A stretch of 64,000 bases of DNA from an uncultured Lachnospiraceae bacterium (GCA_951800685.1 CATOJY010000005.1:21447-85446); one strand, 5' to 3'. Numbered from the stretch's first letter, positions 48,380 through 58,918 are shown. A program made the numbers and translations. Notes: a model not told the origin generated them from the letters alone.

Positions 48380-49327
48380 ATGAAAAAGACAACAAAGGTA
48401 GCAGCATTGGCACTTGCCATGGCTATGGCAGTATCCACACTGGCAGGTTGTGGAGGAGAAAAGGACACGGCGGCAGATACCACGAACACAGAAACCGCTG
48501 CTTCCGAGGAAAACGGAACAGAGGCGGCAGACACAGCGGCTGATACAGAGGCAGCGCCAGAAGAGACAGACACAGATGCAGAGACGTCAGAGACCGAGGC
48601 TTCAGAAGATGCTGAGCAGGCAGGAGCTGTTACGACGAAGACAGAAGGAGTTCTGACCTTTGGTACGAATGCGGAGTTTCCGCCTTTTGAATTCGTAGCA
48701 GGCACTGGTGTGATCGATCAGTACGATGGTATCGATATGGCGATTGCAAAACAGATCGCAGAAGAGAATGGCATGACTGCGGCAGTGGAGAACATGGAGT
48801 TCGATTCCCTGTTGGTTGCACTGCAGAATGGGCAGATCGATGCAGTGATTGCAGGCATGACTGTGACAGATGAGCGTAAGGAAGCGGTTGATTTCTCAAT
48901 ACCGTATTATACGGCAACACAGGTTATGATTGTAAAGGAAGATTCTGACATTGCAGCGGCGGCAGATATGGCGGAGAAGAAGATCTGTGTTGTACAGGGC
49001 TATACGGGCGAGATCTGTGTCAGCGATATGGGTTATCCTTACGAGGCATTCAAAAAGGGTACCGAAGCGGTTATGGAGCTGGTTAATGGAAAATGTGACG
49101 TAGTCGTAATTGATTCTGCTACAGCACAGAAGTATGTAGATGACAATGAAGGTCTGAAGATTGTGGAAGATGCAGAAGCTTTCGAGTCTGAGGAATATGC
49201 TATTGCAGTGCAGAAGGGCAATACAGCACTGCTTGATATGATCAACAGCGCGATTGAGGCGAAGCTTGCAGACGGCACGATCTCTGAACTGGGCGTACAG
49301 TATACGGAGGCAGTTACAGCAGAATAG
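48380..49327 (+). CDS. Polar amino-acid-binding lipoprotein (SBP_bac_3, canonical order)
   Basis: Lipobox LAGC; GTNAEFPPFEF, GMTVTDER, EEYAIAV. Confidence 0.93.
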   Translation: MKKTTKVAALALAMAMAVSTLAGCGGEKDTAADTTNTETAASEENGTEAADTAADTEAAPEETDTDAETSETEASEDAEQAGAVTTKTEGVLTFGTNAEFPPFEFVAGTGVIDQYDGIDMAIAKQIAEENGMTAAVENMEFDSLLVALQNGQIDAVIAGMTVTDERKEAVDFSIPYYTATQVMIVKEDSDIAAAADMAEKKICVVQGYTGEICVSDMGYPYEAFKKGTEAVMELVNGKCDVVVIDSATAQKYVDDNEGLKIVEDAEAFESEEYAIAVQKGNTALLDMINSAIEAKLADGTISELGVQYTEAVTAE

Positions 49328-49561
49328 ATTGGATCGATCATGAATGGTAGAACCGATGGCTGGTATAGGAAGAGATTCCTGTGCCGGACATCGGTTTTAT
49401 TTTTAGGAGCAGTGTATTGATTTTGCGGGGTAAAAGAATATAATAAAAATAGATTCCAGATAACTGATGCGTCAGAAAAGCAGAAACTATCGGAAAAGTA
49501 ATAGCAGTAAAAGAAAAGAGGCATAAATACGCAGGCGGAGAGAAAGGAATGGGGGATTAGT

Positions 49562-49993
49562 ATGAGTGAAAAATTGACTCCTGAGACACAAAAGATCATG
49601 GAAGACCGTTTTGGGTGTGATACGTTATTGGCTCTTGCGACGGTTGCAGAGGACAGACCTTATGTACGCACGGTGAACAGTTATTATGAAGACGGTTCAT
49701 TCTATATTATAACGTATGCATTGTCCAATAAGATGCAGCAGATTGCCAAACACCCGGAAGTGGCAGTGTGCGGCGAGTGGTTCGTCGGTCATGGAAATGC
49801 AGAGAATATGGGACATATCCTGAAAGAGGAGAACCGCAGGATCGCTGATAAGCTCCGGGTCGTATTTGCGGAATGGTATGACAACGGGCATACGAATGAA
49901 AATGATCCAAACACCTGCATTCTCCGGGTGCGTTTGACTGACGGGTCTTTGGTAGATCATGGTACATGGTATGAGATTGATTTTACAGAATAA
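49562..49993 (+). CDS. Pyridoxamine 5'-phosphate oxidase-like FMN-binding protein
   Basis: ALATV...PYVRTV...SNKMQQIAKHPEVAV. Confidence 0.8.
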   Translation: MSEKLTPETQKIMEDRFGCDTLLALATVAEDRPYVRTVNSYYEDGSFYIITYALSNKMQQIAKHPEVAVCGEWFVGHGNAENMGHILKEENRRIADKLRVVFAEWYDNGHTNENDPNTCILRVRLTDGSLVDHGTWYEIDFTE

Positions 49994-50023
49994 ATAGCTT
50001 TTTGATCTGGATGGTACAAACTT

Positions 50024-50818
50024 TTAATTTCCTGTACCCGCGTATCTTTTGACACCTTTCGTCCAGATAAGCGCCGCGATAAGCAGCATGAGAAAAGCAA
50101 CGAGAGGCGCGAAGTACTGCCAGATCTGTACTTGTTCTGCATTCTTATGCAGCAGGATTACGCTGGGGTAATAGTTGATAAAAGCAACTGGCAGAAAACA
50201 GGTTACAAAGATCTGAAAATACTTCCCGAAAATATTGACCGGATACTGCTGCATCAATGTTGTGAACCGCTCGGCAATAGACATGGCAGCGTCGGAGCGC
50301 GTAGTCCAGAAACAAAGGCTGGAGCCGATCCAGTTAATCGCCATTTGGATGAGAGCGCCGGATACCACACAGATCACGAAATAGATCCATTGACCAGCCT
50401 GCCATTGCAGTTTTATCTGTGTATTGGACAGGATAAAGCCCAGAACGCCTACCAGGAAATCTCCGACGCCGGTATAGCTGATATCCTTTCCAATAAATTG
50501 CACAAAGGGGCTGACAGGCCGAACCAGATAGGCGTCAAATGTGCCATTTACGATCATTTCTTCCAAATCTGACAAATGCCAGAAGAACACCCCATAGATT
50601 CCACGGCTCAGCATCCAGAAGCTGTAGAGAAACATCAAATCCCAGATATTCCAATTACCCAATGTATTGAAGTTGTATACTAGAATGCCAAGCAGGGAAA
50701 GATTTACAGTATTTAAGACCAGAATGCTAATGATTCCCACGAAGAAATCAGCTTTATATTGTATTTTGCCTAAGACAGCTACGCGAAGGAACTGTCCATA
50801 TAACCGGATGTTTCTCAT
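50024..50818 (-). CDS. ABC-2 family exporter permease
   Basis: GTFDAYLVRPVSP, QYPVNIF; TM segments. Confidence 0.85.
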   Translation of the reverse strand: MRNIRLYGQFLRVAVLGKIQYKADFFVGIISILVLNTVNLSLLGILVYNFNTLGNWNIWDLMFLYSFWMLSRGIYGVFFWHLSDLEEMIVNGTFDAYLVRPVSPFVQFIGKDISYTGVGDFLVGVLGFILSNTQIKLQWQAGQWIYFVICVVSGALIQMAINWIGSSLCFWTTRSDAAMSIAERFTTLMQQYPVNIFGKYFQIFVTCFLPVAFINYYPSVILLHKNAEQVQIWQYFAPLVAFLMLLIAALIWTKGVKRYAGTGN

Positions 50819-50821
50819 TTC

Positions 50822-51640
50822 TCAACCTCCCTGTATCATTACTCTGGTAAAGACACGTTTCATCAGCAGCCGGGAGAAGATCCACAGCAGAAGAATCCAG
50901 ATACCTTGTACACCCAAAGCCTTGCACATATCTATACCTGCATAATTTCCGATGTAGATTGACGTGGGAATCGCATAGATACAACGGAAGGGCAGAAAAT
51001 TACTGACGATTCTAAGCACTCCGGGAAAGATCCATAAAGGAACCATCTGACCAGAGAAGAAGCGGAGCACCGCGTTATATCCCCAGTTGATGTTCTTGAT
51101 ATTCAAGGTGACCATACTAAGCAGACCCAGAATAAAATTCAGGAAGAAACTGACGATCACCGAACAGGCCAGGCTGCACAGAAAACCCAGAAATGCTGGC
51201 AGAGCTGGCAGTTCCAGGGAAAACAGGCCATAGGCGGCAAGGAAAGAAGGCAGCACCAGAAACAGGAACCGTACTAAGATGCGTCCCATGTTCTTGGCAA
51301 ACATATAGAATTGGAAGTCTATTGGTTTGAGAAGATCCATCTCGATCGTACCCTTGCGTACCTGTTCCATAATATAAGACTGCGGGCCATTTCTGGGATG
51401 CAGGATGGATTCTAAGGCGACGCCCACCACTGCGTAGGAGATCATCTGTGGAAGAGATACGCCGGTAACACCGGGATTGGCGGCATACAAGGCCCTCCAC
51501 ACGTAACCAACACTGTACATCATGAGAAAGGTGTAGAGAATCGTAAGCCAAAAAGAAACGCGGTAAACGCTTAGGTTATAAAATTCATTGCGGAGAAATG
51601 CCATGCCTGTCCGCAGATTCACGCCATTACTTGCTTTCAT
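50822..51640 (-). CDS. ABC-2 family exporter permease
   Basis: GTIEMDLLKPID, FFSGQMVPLWIFP, terminal IQGG. Confidence 0.85.
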   Translation of the reverse strand: MKASNGVNLRTGMAFLRNEFYNLSVYRVSFWLTILYTFLMMYSVGYVWRALYAANPGVTGVSLPQMISYAVVGVALESILHPRNGPQSYIMEQVRKGTIEMDLLKPIDFQFYMFAKNMGRILVRFLFLVLPSFLAAYGLFSLELPALPAFLGFLCSLACSVIVSFFLNFILGLLSMVTLNIKNINWGYNAVLRFFSGQMVPLWIFPGVLRIVSNFLPFRCIYAIPTSIYIGNYAGIDMCKALGVQGIWILLLWIFSRLLMKRVFTRVMIQGG

Positions 51641-52598
51641 AGAGATTCCTCACAATCCCCTCAATATCAGGCTCAATGATTTCTATATCACGGATGGGAA
51701 AGCGTTCATCTATAACATGGAGCAGTCCCATGGGAGTGGCTTTGGAACGGTGGAAAGAAAACCACTTCCGCGTCCCCTCACTCCGGATCAATTCTGCGTT
51801 TGCTATTTGAAAATCTTCTACAGGCGTCTCAAATTCTACCATCAGAGAGCGGAAAGCGCCGAACCGCTGTACCATACTTTCCAGGTCGCCATCATACATT
51901 AGGTGGCCGGAATCAATTACGATCACACGGGAACAGAGTCTTTCGATATCTCCCATATCGTGTGTGGTAAGTAAGACAGTGGTACCTTTTTCCTGATTGA
52001 CCTCGGAGATGAAATCATGAAGATATTTCTTGGACACAACGTCTACGCCGATGGTGGGTTCATCCAAAAACAGGATTTTGGGAGAATGTAGCAGAGCTGC
52101 ACAGATATCTGATTTTACCCGCTGGCCCAGACTCATCTGTCTTACCGGCTTGTGGAGCACTTCTTCGAGTCCAAGCATAGGAACATATCTGTCAAGGTTT
52201 TTCTGGTAGATGGTATTGTCAATCTGATAAATCTCCCGCAGCAGACGATAGCTTTCGATCAGCGGCACATCCCACCATAGCTGTGTCTTTTGGCCAAATA
52301 CCACGCCGATCTGCTGTGCGTTTTCCATTCGCTGGTCAAAGGGACGGATTCCATTTACGGTGATATCTCCAGAGGTGGGCTGTAAAATACCGGAGAGCAT
52401 TTTGATCGTGGTAGATTTTCCGGCGCCGTTTTTCCCGATAAAGCCTACAACCTCTCCCTCATCGATGGAAAAGCTGATATCGTCAACAGCGTGTTTGATG
52501 GTGTACTCACTGGAGAAAAGACTGCGCACGGCGGCGAATCTGCCCCTTTTCTGTATGGGTATCCTGAACTCTTTTTTTAAATGGTTTATGGTGATCAT
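51627..52598 (-). CDS. ABC exporter ATPase
   Basis: GKNGAGKST, VVFGQKTQLWWD, MSLGQR, LDEPTIG. Confidence 0.93.
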   Translation of the reverse strand: MITINHLKKEFRIPIQKRGRFAAVRSLFSSEYTIKHAVDDISFSIDEGEVVGFIGKNGAGKSTTIKMLSGILQPTSGDITVNGIRPFDQRMENAQQIGVVFGQKTQLWWDVPLIESYRLLREIYQIDNTIYQKNLDRYVPMLGLEEVLHKPVRQMSLGQRVKSDICAALLHSPKILFLDEPTIGVDVVSKKYLHDFISEVNQEKGTTVLLTTHDMGDIERLCSRVIVIDSGHLMYDGDLESMVQRFGAFRSLMVEFETPVEDFQIANAELIRSEGTRKWFSFHRSKATPMGLLHVIDERFPIRDIEIIEPDIEGIVRNLYESK

Positions 52599-52839
52599 AT
52601 ATACCTCTCAAGTTATTCTATATCGGAGCCGAACAGGTGACATACAGTTATTTTAGCATATCCGACAATTTTGTGTAGAGGGTTTTTAAATTTTCGGAAG
52701 ATCAGGATTTCTTTGCGGGATATTGTGATTGCATCCTTAAGGCAAGTGTTTTATACTGGAAGTATGATAAAGAGGGGTATCTGTATAGGCTGCGGTCTTT
52801 TGCCGCAGTTTGCTACAGCACCGGAAATGGAGGAAAACT

Positions 52840-53406
52840 ATGCAAGATCAAAAATTATCTGCCGCAGAAGCGCTGGCAAAGCTTAAAGAAGGAAACCAGC
52901 AGTACCTGTCGGCGTCGTCGAATCCAGGAGATGTATCGCCTAAGATCAGACAGTACACCTGTGAAAATGGACAGAGCCCGTATGCGACTGTGATAACCTG
53001 TTCGGATTCCAGAGTGATTCCAGAAGCAGTTTTTTGTGCAGGAATTGGGGAGTTGTTTACGATCCGTGTGGCTGGTAACGTGATGGATCACCATCAACTG
53101 GGGAGCGTAGAGTATGCGGCAGACCATCTGGGTACAAAGCTGGTGGTAGTGCTGGGGCATACCAACTGTGGTGCGGTAGGTGCGGCGGTGCACCATGATC
53201 CCAGTGGCTTTGTGAAATACATAACCGATGAGATCCGCAGGGCAATCGGCGATGAGAAGGATGAAACCAAAGCAAGTTGTCTGAATGTACGCAGAAGCGT
53301 GGCGGTTATCAACGAGAGCCTGAAGGAAATGGTAGAGAAGGGAGATCTTACAGTATGTGGCGCTCTCTACCATATCGACAGTGGAGAGGTTGAATTCCTG
53401 GATTAA
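52840..53406 (+). CDS. Beta-class carbonic anhydrase
   Basis: CSDSR and HTNC zinc motifs; IRVAGN. Confidence 0.92.
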   Translation: MQDQKLSAAEALAKLKEGNQQYLSASSNPGDVSPKIRQYTCENGQSPYATVITCSDSRVIPEAVFCAGIGELFTIRVAGNVMDHHQLGSVEYAADHLGTKLVVVLGHTNCGAVGAAVHHDPSGFVKYITDEIRRAIGDEKDETKASCLNVRRSVAVINESLKEMVEKGDLTVCGALYHIDSGEVEFLD

Positions 53407-53432
53407 GAATGGAAAACATATTAGAAAGATAA

Positions 53433-53464
53433 AAATGAGCCGGTATCATAATATCGGCTCATTT
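53433..53464. terminator. Bidirectional terminator
   Basis: AAATGAGCCG...CGGCTCATTT. Confidence 0.65.
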
Positions 53465-53475
53465 CTTGTGCAATG

Positions 53476-54852
53476 CTAAATCTTGATTTGTGTCCACTTA
53501 CCCTTTTTGAATCTTGTAGAAGCAAAGAGAAAGCGGGAAATCTGGTCGGCCAGGACACCCAGCCATATGCCAACGATGCCGAGGCCGAATACATATCCTC
53601 CCAGATAAGAGCCGATGGTACGGATAAAAGTAACGCTGACTGTGGAGGCGGCCGCAGTATAGAGTGTATCTCCCGCGCCGCGCAGGCACCCCATGTAAAC
53701 CACCTGGCTGATCTGGAAGGCAACCACGAAGATGATAACCCGCATGATACCCACGCCGATCGCGATGATATGTTCTTCCTTGAAAAAGAGTCCCATCATC
53801 GGCTGTGCACCGAAGAAATACAGAGCGGCGAGACATACGGAAATAATGCCCCCAAACATTCTGCAAATGCTGCCAAACTCTTTCGCCATTTTTTCGTCAT
53901 TTGCCCCCAGACTTCGTCCGATCAGAGCGACTGCAGCAGACTGCAGGCCGTCTCCGAAAGAGAAGGAAAGTCCCATGATATTCATGCCTACCTGATGAGC
54001 CGCCATAGCGTCAGTCCCTTGGTTAGCTGCCATGATCGCTGTCATCATGAAGCCGATCCGCATCAGGAGCTGTTCAAAGAAAACGCTATATCCTACATGG
54101 ATCAGATTATGTAAAGATCTGGCGGCTGGCCAGATTTTGTTTTTCAGAATATAAGGAAGACTGATAAAACCTTCGGGCTTTAAAATGGAAAGAATACTCA
54201 TGACAGAGGCGACTACCGTACCAAGAACGGTTGCCAGGGCAGCACCATGGATGCCAAGCGCCGGAAAGCCTAGGTGTCCATTGATCAAAAGATAGTTGAA
54301 AATAATATTGATTGTGTTGGAGGTCACGTTGGTACGCATCGTGATTTTCGTGTTCCCGGCGCCTCTTTGCGCCGAATTGATGCCCATTTGGATACAGTTA
54401 AAAATCATACCACCCATGATGATGCGGAAATAAGCTACCGCACTGTCATGGGTTTCTGGCGTGGAACCGCACAGCCGGATGATCGGGCTTGCAAAAGTTA
54501 CAAACAGGATGCTCAGGAAGATCGCGGCTATGACAATAAAGAGGATGGCAGTGCTCAGGATCCGGTTGGCTTCCTCAGGTTTCTCTTCTCCCCGCCGTCT
54601 GGCAACCAGGGCGGAGATGGCTACATTGGTTGCAAAAAACAGGGATAACCCTACAAATTTGGGCTGTGTCGTAAGGCCGACAGCAGCTACGGCATAGGAA
54701 CCAAGAGAGCTTACCATAAGAGAATCTACCAATCCTGCGAAGGCTGTAAAGAAAGACTCTATAATGGAAGGCCATGCCATATTAAAAGTGATACGGATAT
54801 TTTCGCGGCTGTGTTTAGGGTGTTTCTCCTGAGAGCTTGTTTGTGTTATCAT
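53476..54852 (-). CDS. MATE efflux transporter
   Basis: DSLMVSSLG, RGAGNTK, LGIHGAALAT, LRGAGD. Confidence 0.93.
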   Translation of the reverse strand: MITQTSSQEKHPKHSRENIRITFNMAWPSIIESFFTAFAGLVDSLMVSSLGSYAVAAVGLTTQPKFVGLSLFFATNVAISALVARRRGEEKPEEANRILSTAILFIVIAAIFLSILFVTFASPIIRLCGSTPETHDSAVAYFRIIMGGMIFNCIQMGINSAQRGAGNTKITMRTNVTSNTINIIFNYLLINGHLGFPALGIHGAALATVLGTVVASVMSILSILKPEGFISLPYILKNKIWPAARSLHNLIHVGYSVFFEQLLMRIGFMMTAIMAANQGTDAMAAHQVGMNIMGLSFSFGDGLQSAAVALIGRSLGANDEKMAKEFGSICRMFGGIISVCLAALYFFGAQPMMGLFFKEEHIIAIGVGIMRVIIFVVAFQISQVVYMGCLRGAGDTLYTAAASTVSVTFIRTIGSYLGGYVFGLGIVGIWLGVLADQISRFLFASTRFKKGKWTQIKI

Positions 54853-55096
54853 GATGATTTTCCTGCCTGTTCTTTGAATTATCTTGCAGCGAATAAAAAG
54901 TTTCTGGCAGTTGACTTTGGGTAAAAGATAAACTGTGATGTGACATCTGTGTCATAATTGACTGTCAGGAGCTTATTGATTGCTGGAACATCTGTTAAGA
55001 AGTGATCTTCTTTATTATATTTCAAGAAATTATTTTTTTCAATATATTGTGTGCATGTTGAAAAATCAGAGATTTTTCAATATAAAAATTACTATT

Positions 55097-55116
55097 TACT
55101 TTAGTGTGCTAATGTG
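55097..55116. promoter_or_regulatory. Candidate HisR (YerC/TrpR-like) box
   Basis: TACTTTA-GTGTGC-TAATGTG, one mismatch from the recalled YACTTTA-N6-TAAAGTR consensus. Confidence 0.5.
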
Positions 55117-55219
55117 ATAAAATACAACTCGGACTTGCGGAATGGTGAAAAGAGTGCTGGAAATGGCGGTCTTGGTGTATTCGCTAAATAGAAATCCGCA
55201 GATCAAAAGGAGGAGTATT

Positions 55220-56095
55220 ATGAGAAAGAAGTTTGCATTTATGCTGGCAGTTTCTATGACAATCGGTACAGTACTTACAGGATGTGGCAATACATCAAAG
55301 GACGCAGCACAGACGGCTGGAATGGGAGAAGATACAGCGGCCAATACAGAAGAAGGTGGTGTGGAAGCCGGTGCGGAGGCGCTTACAGATACGGATCTGG
55401 TATACGCAGTGGAAGCTGGATCTGCAGGAGAAGCGGCGGCACAGGAGAATGGTTTCCAGACTAACGTAGTAGCATCCCAAGCAGACGCGTTGATGGAAGT
55501 TGCCGCGGGTACATCTGACGCGGCAGTCATTGACTTGCTGATGGCTGGCGCTATGATCGGGGAGGGTACCAGTTATCCGAATCTGACGCATACAACAGAA
55601 CTGACAACAGAAGAGTATGGTGTTGGATGCCGTAAAGGCTCTGATCTGGCATCCTATATCAATACTGTCTTTGGAGAGTGCTATGCAGATGGAACGATGC
55701 AGGAGCTGGCATCCGTCTATGGTGTGCAGGAAGCGCTGGTAGAGCAGGCGGCTTCTGCATTTACAGAGGCAGCTTCGGACAGTGATGTGGCTTATATTAA
55801 GGACAAAGGTACGCTGATCGTAGGCATCACAGAATTCGAGCCGATGGACTATAAGGACGAAACTGGCGAGTGGATTGGATTTGACGCTGATATGGCGCGC
55901 GTCGTAGCTGAGAAATTAGGCGTGGAAGCAGAGTTTGTGGTGATCGATTGGGATAACAAGATCATGGAACTGGAATCTAAGAATATTGATGTTGTATGGA
56001 ATGGCATGACGCTGACGGCGGAGACGACGGCGGCGATGGAATGCACGAATGCCTACTGCAATAATGCGCAGGTAGTTGTCGTGCCTGCCAATTAA
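55220..56095 (+). CDS. Polar amino-acid-binding lipoprotein, circularly permuted SBP_bac_3
   Basis: Lipobox LTGC; the canonical C-half (AVEAGSAG..DAAVID..EEYGVG..ADGTM) precedes the canonical N-half (GTLIVG..GFDAD..WNGMT..AQVVVV). Confidence 0.88.
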   Translation: MRKKFAFMLAVSMTIGTVLTGCGNTSKDAAQTAGMGEDTAANTEEGGVEAGAEALTDTDLVYAVEAGSAGEAAAQENGFQTNVVASQADALMEVAAGTSDAAVIDLLMAGAMIGEGTSYPNLTHTTELTTEEYGVGCRKGSDLASYINTVFGECYADGTMQELASVYGVQEALVEQAASAFTEAASDSDVAYIKDKGTLIVGITEFEPMDYKDETGEWIGFDADMARVVAEKLGVEAEFVVIDWDNKIMELESKNIDVVWNGMTLTAETTAAMECTNAYCNNAQVVVVPAN

Positions 56096-56173
56096 AGAAA
56101 GTCGCTGCACGGACGGCATGGGATGTGTACCGGATGAGTGGACTTATAAGGCACTTGCAAAGGAGAAGTTAGT

Positions 56174-56830
56174 ATGTTTTGGAATGTAACACAATCATTG
56201 CTTGACGGTCTGTTGACGACGTTTCAGATTTTTATCTTTACGCTGTTATTTTCCCTGCCGTTTGGACTCGTGCTGGCGTTTGGCTCTATGAGCAGATGGC
56301 GGCCTCTGCGTTATCTGATCCAGGTTCTGGTATGGGTCATCCGGGGTACGCCGCTTATGCTCCAGCTTATCATTATCTTCTACGGACCGGGATTGTGGCT
56401 TGGACATAATATCTGGAACGGTAATGAGGCTGGACGGATCACAGCTACGGTAGTTGCGTTCAGCATCAATTATGCCTGTTATTTCTCTGTGATTTTCCGG
56501 GGAGGCATCGAGGGTGTACCGTCAGGACAAAGAGAGGCTGGGGAAGTGCTGGGAATGACAAAAAGCCAGATCTTCTTCCAGGTGACGCTTCTACAGATGG
56601 TGAAACGTGTAGTGCCGCCGATGTCGAATGAGATCATTACACTGGTCAAGGATACTTCGCTGGCGCGTATGATCGCGGCGTACGAATTGACCTTCGCGGG
56701 ATATTCCTTTATGAAGAGCAACGGTCTGACATGGCCTCTCTTCTACACGGGTGTGTTTTATCTGATCTTTGTAGGTGCGCTGACGTTATTATTTAATTAC
56801 ATAGAACGTAAGCTTGATTATTTCTGTTAG
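56174..56830 (+). CDS. Polar amino-acid ABC permease
   Basis: IRGTPLMLQL, GQREAGEVLG, LVKDTSL. Confidence 0.93.
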   Translation: MFWNVTQSLLDGLLTTFQIFIFTLLFSLPFGLVLAFGSMSRWRPLRYLIQVLVWVIRGTPLMLQLIIIFYGPGLWLGHNIWNGNEAGRITATVVAFSINYACYFSVIFRGGIEGVPSGQREAGEVLGMTKSQIFFQVTLLQMVKRVVPPMSNEIITLVKDTSLARMIAAYELTFAGYSFMKSNGLTWPLFYTGVFYLIFVGALTLLFNYIERKLDYFC

Positions 56831-56982
56831 AAAAGTGCGCCAGCCCTTGACTGCGAGGATGCATAGAGAGTGTATGCGCCGCGGTGGGAGAAAGGAGCAT
56901 GCCGGCAGCGGCAGAGAAGGTGTATTGTGAGAAGCACAAGGAAGATACAGAAGGTCAGTGAGTGAGGAAAGGTGCAGGGAAT

Positions 56983-57768
56983 ATGGCAATCTTGGAAGTG
57001 AGAAATATTGAGAAACAATTTGATGACACTGTGGTGCTGCGGGATGTCAGCTTTACGCTGGAGGAGGGTAACGCCCTAGCGATCATTGGATCTTCCGGCT
57101 CCGGTAAGACTACCTTGCTTCGGTGTCTGAATTTCTTGGAGATGCCGGACCGTGGATCGATTGTGGTCAGGGGAGAGACATTGCTTGATGCCTCTATGCC
57201 GCGGAAAGAGCAGGAGAAGGGACTTCGGACGAAAAGACTGCATTTCGGCATGGTGTTCCAGTCATTCAATCTTTTTCCACAGTATACAGCGTTGGAGAAT
57301 GTTACTTTGTCTGAGAAACTTTTGGCGAAGGAACGGCCGGATTTTAAGCAGAATAGGAAAGAAATTTATGCGCAGATTGAAGCGCACGGCGAGGCGCTGT
57401 TAAGGCAGATGGGATTAGCTGACAGAATGATGCATTATCCGCACCAGTTGTCCGGTGGGCAGCAGCAGAGGGTGGCGATTGCAAGAGCGCTGGCTCTCCA
57501 ACCAGATATTTTGTGCTTTGATGAACCGACTTCAGCCTTGGACCCCGAATTGACGGGTGAAGTGCTAAGGGTCATCCGTGGGCTTGCTGACCAAAAAACA
57601 ACGATGATCATTGTCACACATGAGATGGCTTTTGCAAGAGACGTCTCCGATCAACTTATTTTTATGGATGAAGGTGTGATTGTGGAACAGGGGAATCCGA
57701 AGCAGGTGATTGATCACCCGAAGGAAGAGAGAACAAGACAGTTTCTGACACGGTATGCGCAGGGGTGA
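56983..57768 (+). CDS. Polar amino-acid ABC ATPase
   Basis: [27 protein letters not shown]. Confidence 0.95.
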   Translation: MAILEVRNIEKQFDDTVVLRDVSFTLEEGNALAIIGSSGSGKTTLLRCLNFLEMPDRGSIVVRGETLLDASMPRKEQEKGLRTKRLHFGMVFQSFNLFPQYTALENVTLSEKLLAKERPDFKQNRKEIYAQIEAHGEALLRQMGLADRMMHYPHQLSGGQQQRVAIARALALQPDILCFDEPTSALDPELTGEVLRVIRGLADQKTTMIIVTHEMAFARDVSDQLIFMDEGVIVEQGNPKQVIDHPKEERTRQFLTRYAQG

Positions 57769-57833
57769 TCTGTGGCAGAAAGCTCCCCTTCTTGGGGAAG
57801 CTATGGGGAACTTCATGGAAAAGACGAGGGTCG

Positions 57834-58901
57834 TCATAGAAATTGCGCTTCCCGGAAAAGATTGTCGACAGCAATCGAATACTCCGACACACGGTCAGCC
57901 TTGCGGATCTTCTTGAGGTGTTTCAGGACGGCATCTGTATTCCGGGACTCAGGAGCGGATGATGTATGCTGCGAGACGGGAGCATGATCTGTAAAACAAC
58001 AGATCATATAAGTCCACAGGTCTTTCATCTTAAAGAGGACGGGAAGATCACCGGACATGATCTGGAGATAGCCGTCCAGGAGCTCGTCATGAAAAGCGCG
58101 GAGCGTCTGTAAGGAATCGCGGTTCATGCGGTCAGAGTCTGTGTCGTGGTTCTGACTGGCAGAAGAGTTTTCCTGCATACGACGCAGCTCTCTGGCCAGT
58201 GCCGGATGGCGCAGCAGGCCACGTCCGGTCATGATGCGGTCTGTCCCCCGCCCTGTACTGGTGCTTTTGGGCGGCAGCTGCGCCAGTACAGCCTGCCAGC
58301 ATTCGGGAGAGGTAATATCTCCATTGTAGCAGAGTGGTATCTTTGTATTTCCAAGTGCTGAGATGGCCTGGCCATAAGCTTCCGGATGGGTGCTGCCAGT
58401 ATAGAATTCTTCCAGCAGCCTTGTATGGATGATCAGCTCTTCCAACGGGTATTTGGCATAAATGGCCAGCAGTGTTTCCCATTCTTTCAGATCTGCCACA
58501 CCCAGCCGGGTTTTGATGGAAATTTTCAGCGGACATTTCTCATAGATTTCATAGAGAAAAGCGTCCAGCGTGTCTGGATCGCTTAAGAAACCGGCACCTC
58601 GCTTTTTGGCGGTGACAGTACCGGAGGGGCATCCAAGATTCAGATTGACAGTGTGATATCCATAAGCGGCAGTTTTTTCGGCGATAGCCAGGAAATCTGC
58701 CGCTTTGTTGGTCAGGATCTGCGGAACCAGCGTAACGCCGGTATTATTTTCTGGCAGGATATCCCGGATCTCACGGGAAGTCAGTTTTCTGCCTGCGATA
58801 AAGGGCGTGAAATACCGGTCGATTCCGCCGTACCAGCGGGCGTGTGCCCTACGGTAAATATAAGTAGTGATGCCTTCCATCGGCGCCGCATAGTATAGCA
58901 T
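57834..58901 (-). CDS. tRNA-dihydrouridine synthase family protein
   Basis: AAPMEGIT, NLNLGCPS, SIKTRLG, IHTR, YNGDI, MTGRG. Confidence 0.92.
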   Translation of the reverse strand: MLYYAAPMEGITTYIYRRAHARWYGGIDRYFTPFIAGRKLTSREIRDILPENNTGVTLVPQILTNKAADFLAIAEKTAAYGYHTVNLNLGCPSGTVTAKKRGAGFLSDPDTLDAFLYEIYEKCPLKISIKTRLGVADLKEWETLLAIYAKYPLEELIIHTRLLEEFYTGSTHPEAYGQAISALGNTKIPLCYNGDITSPECWQAVLAQLPPKSTSTGRGTDRIMTGRGLLRHPALARELRRMQENSSASQNHDTDSDRMNRDSLQTLRAFHDELLDGYLQIMSGDLPVLFKMKDLWTYMICCFTDHAPVSQHTSSAPESRNTDAVLKHLKKIRKADRVSEYSIAVDNLFREAQFL

Positions 58902-58918
58902 ATCTTACAGCCTTTCTG

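Noticed and set aside
53473-54114. 213-aa His/Asp-rich ORF
   Set aside because: Antisense shadow of a hydrophobic MATE gene
55120-55219. T-box leaders before the amino-acid ABC operons (also 46540-46695)
   Set aside because: Leaders are short and lack GGTGGNACCGCG and a terminator
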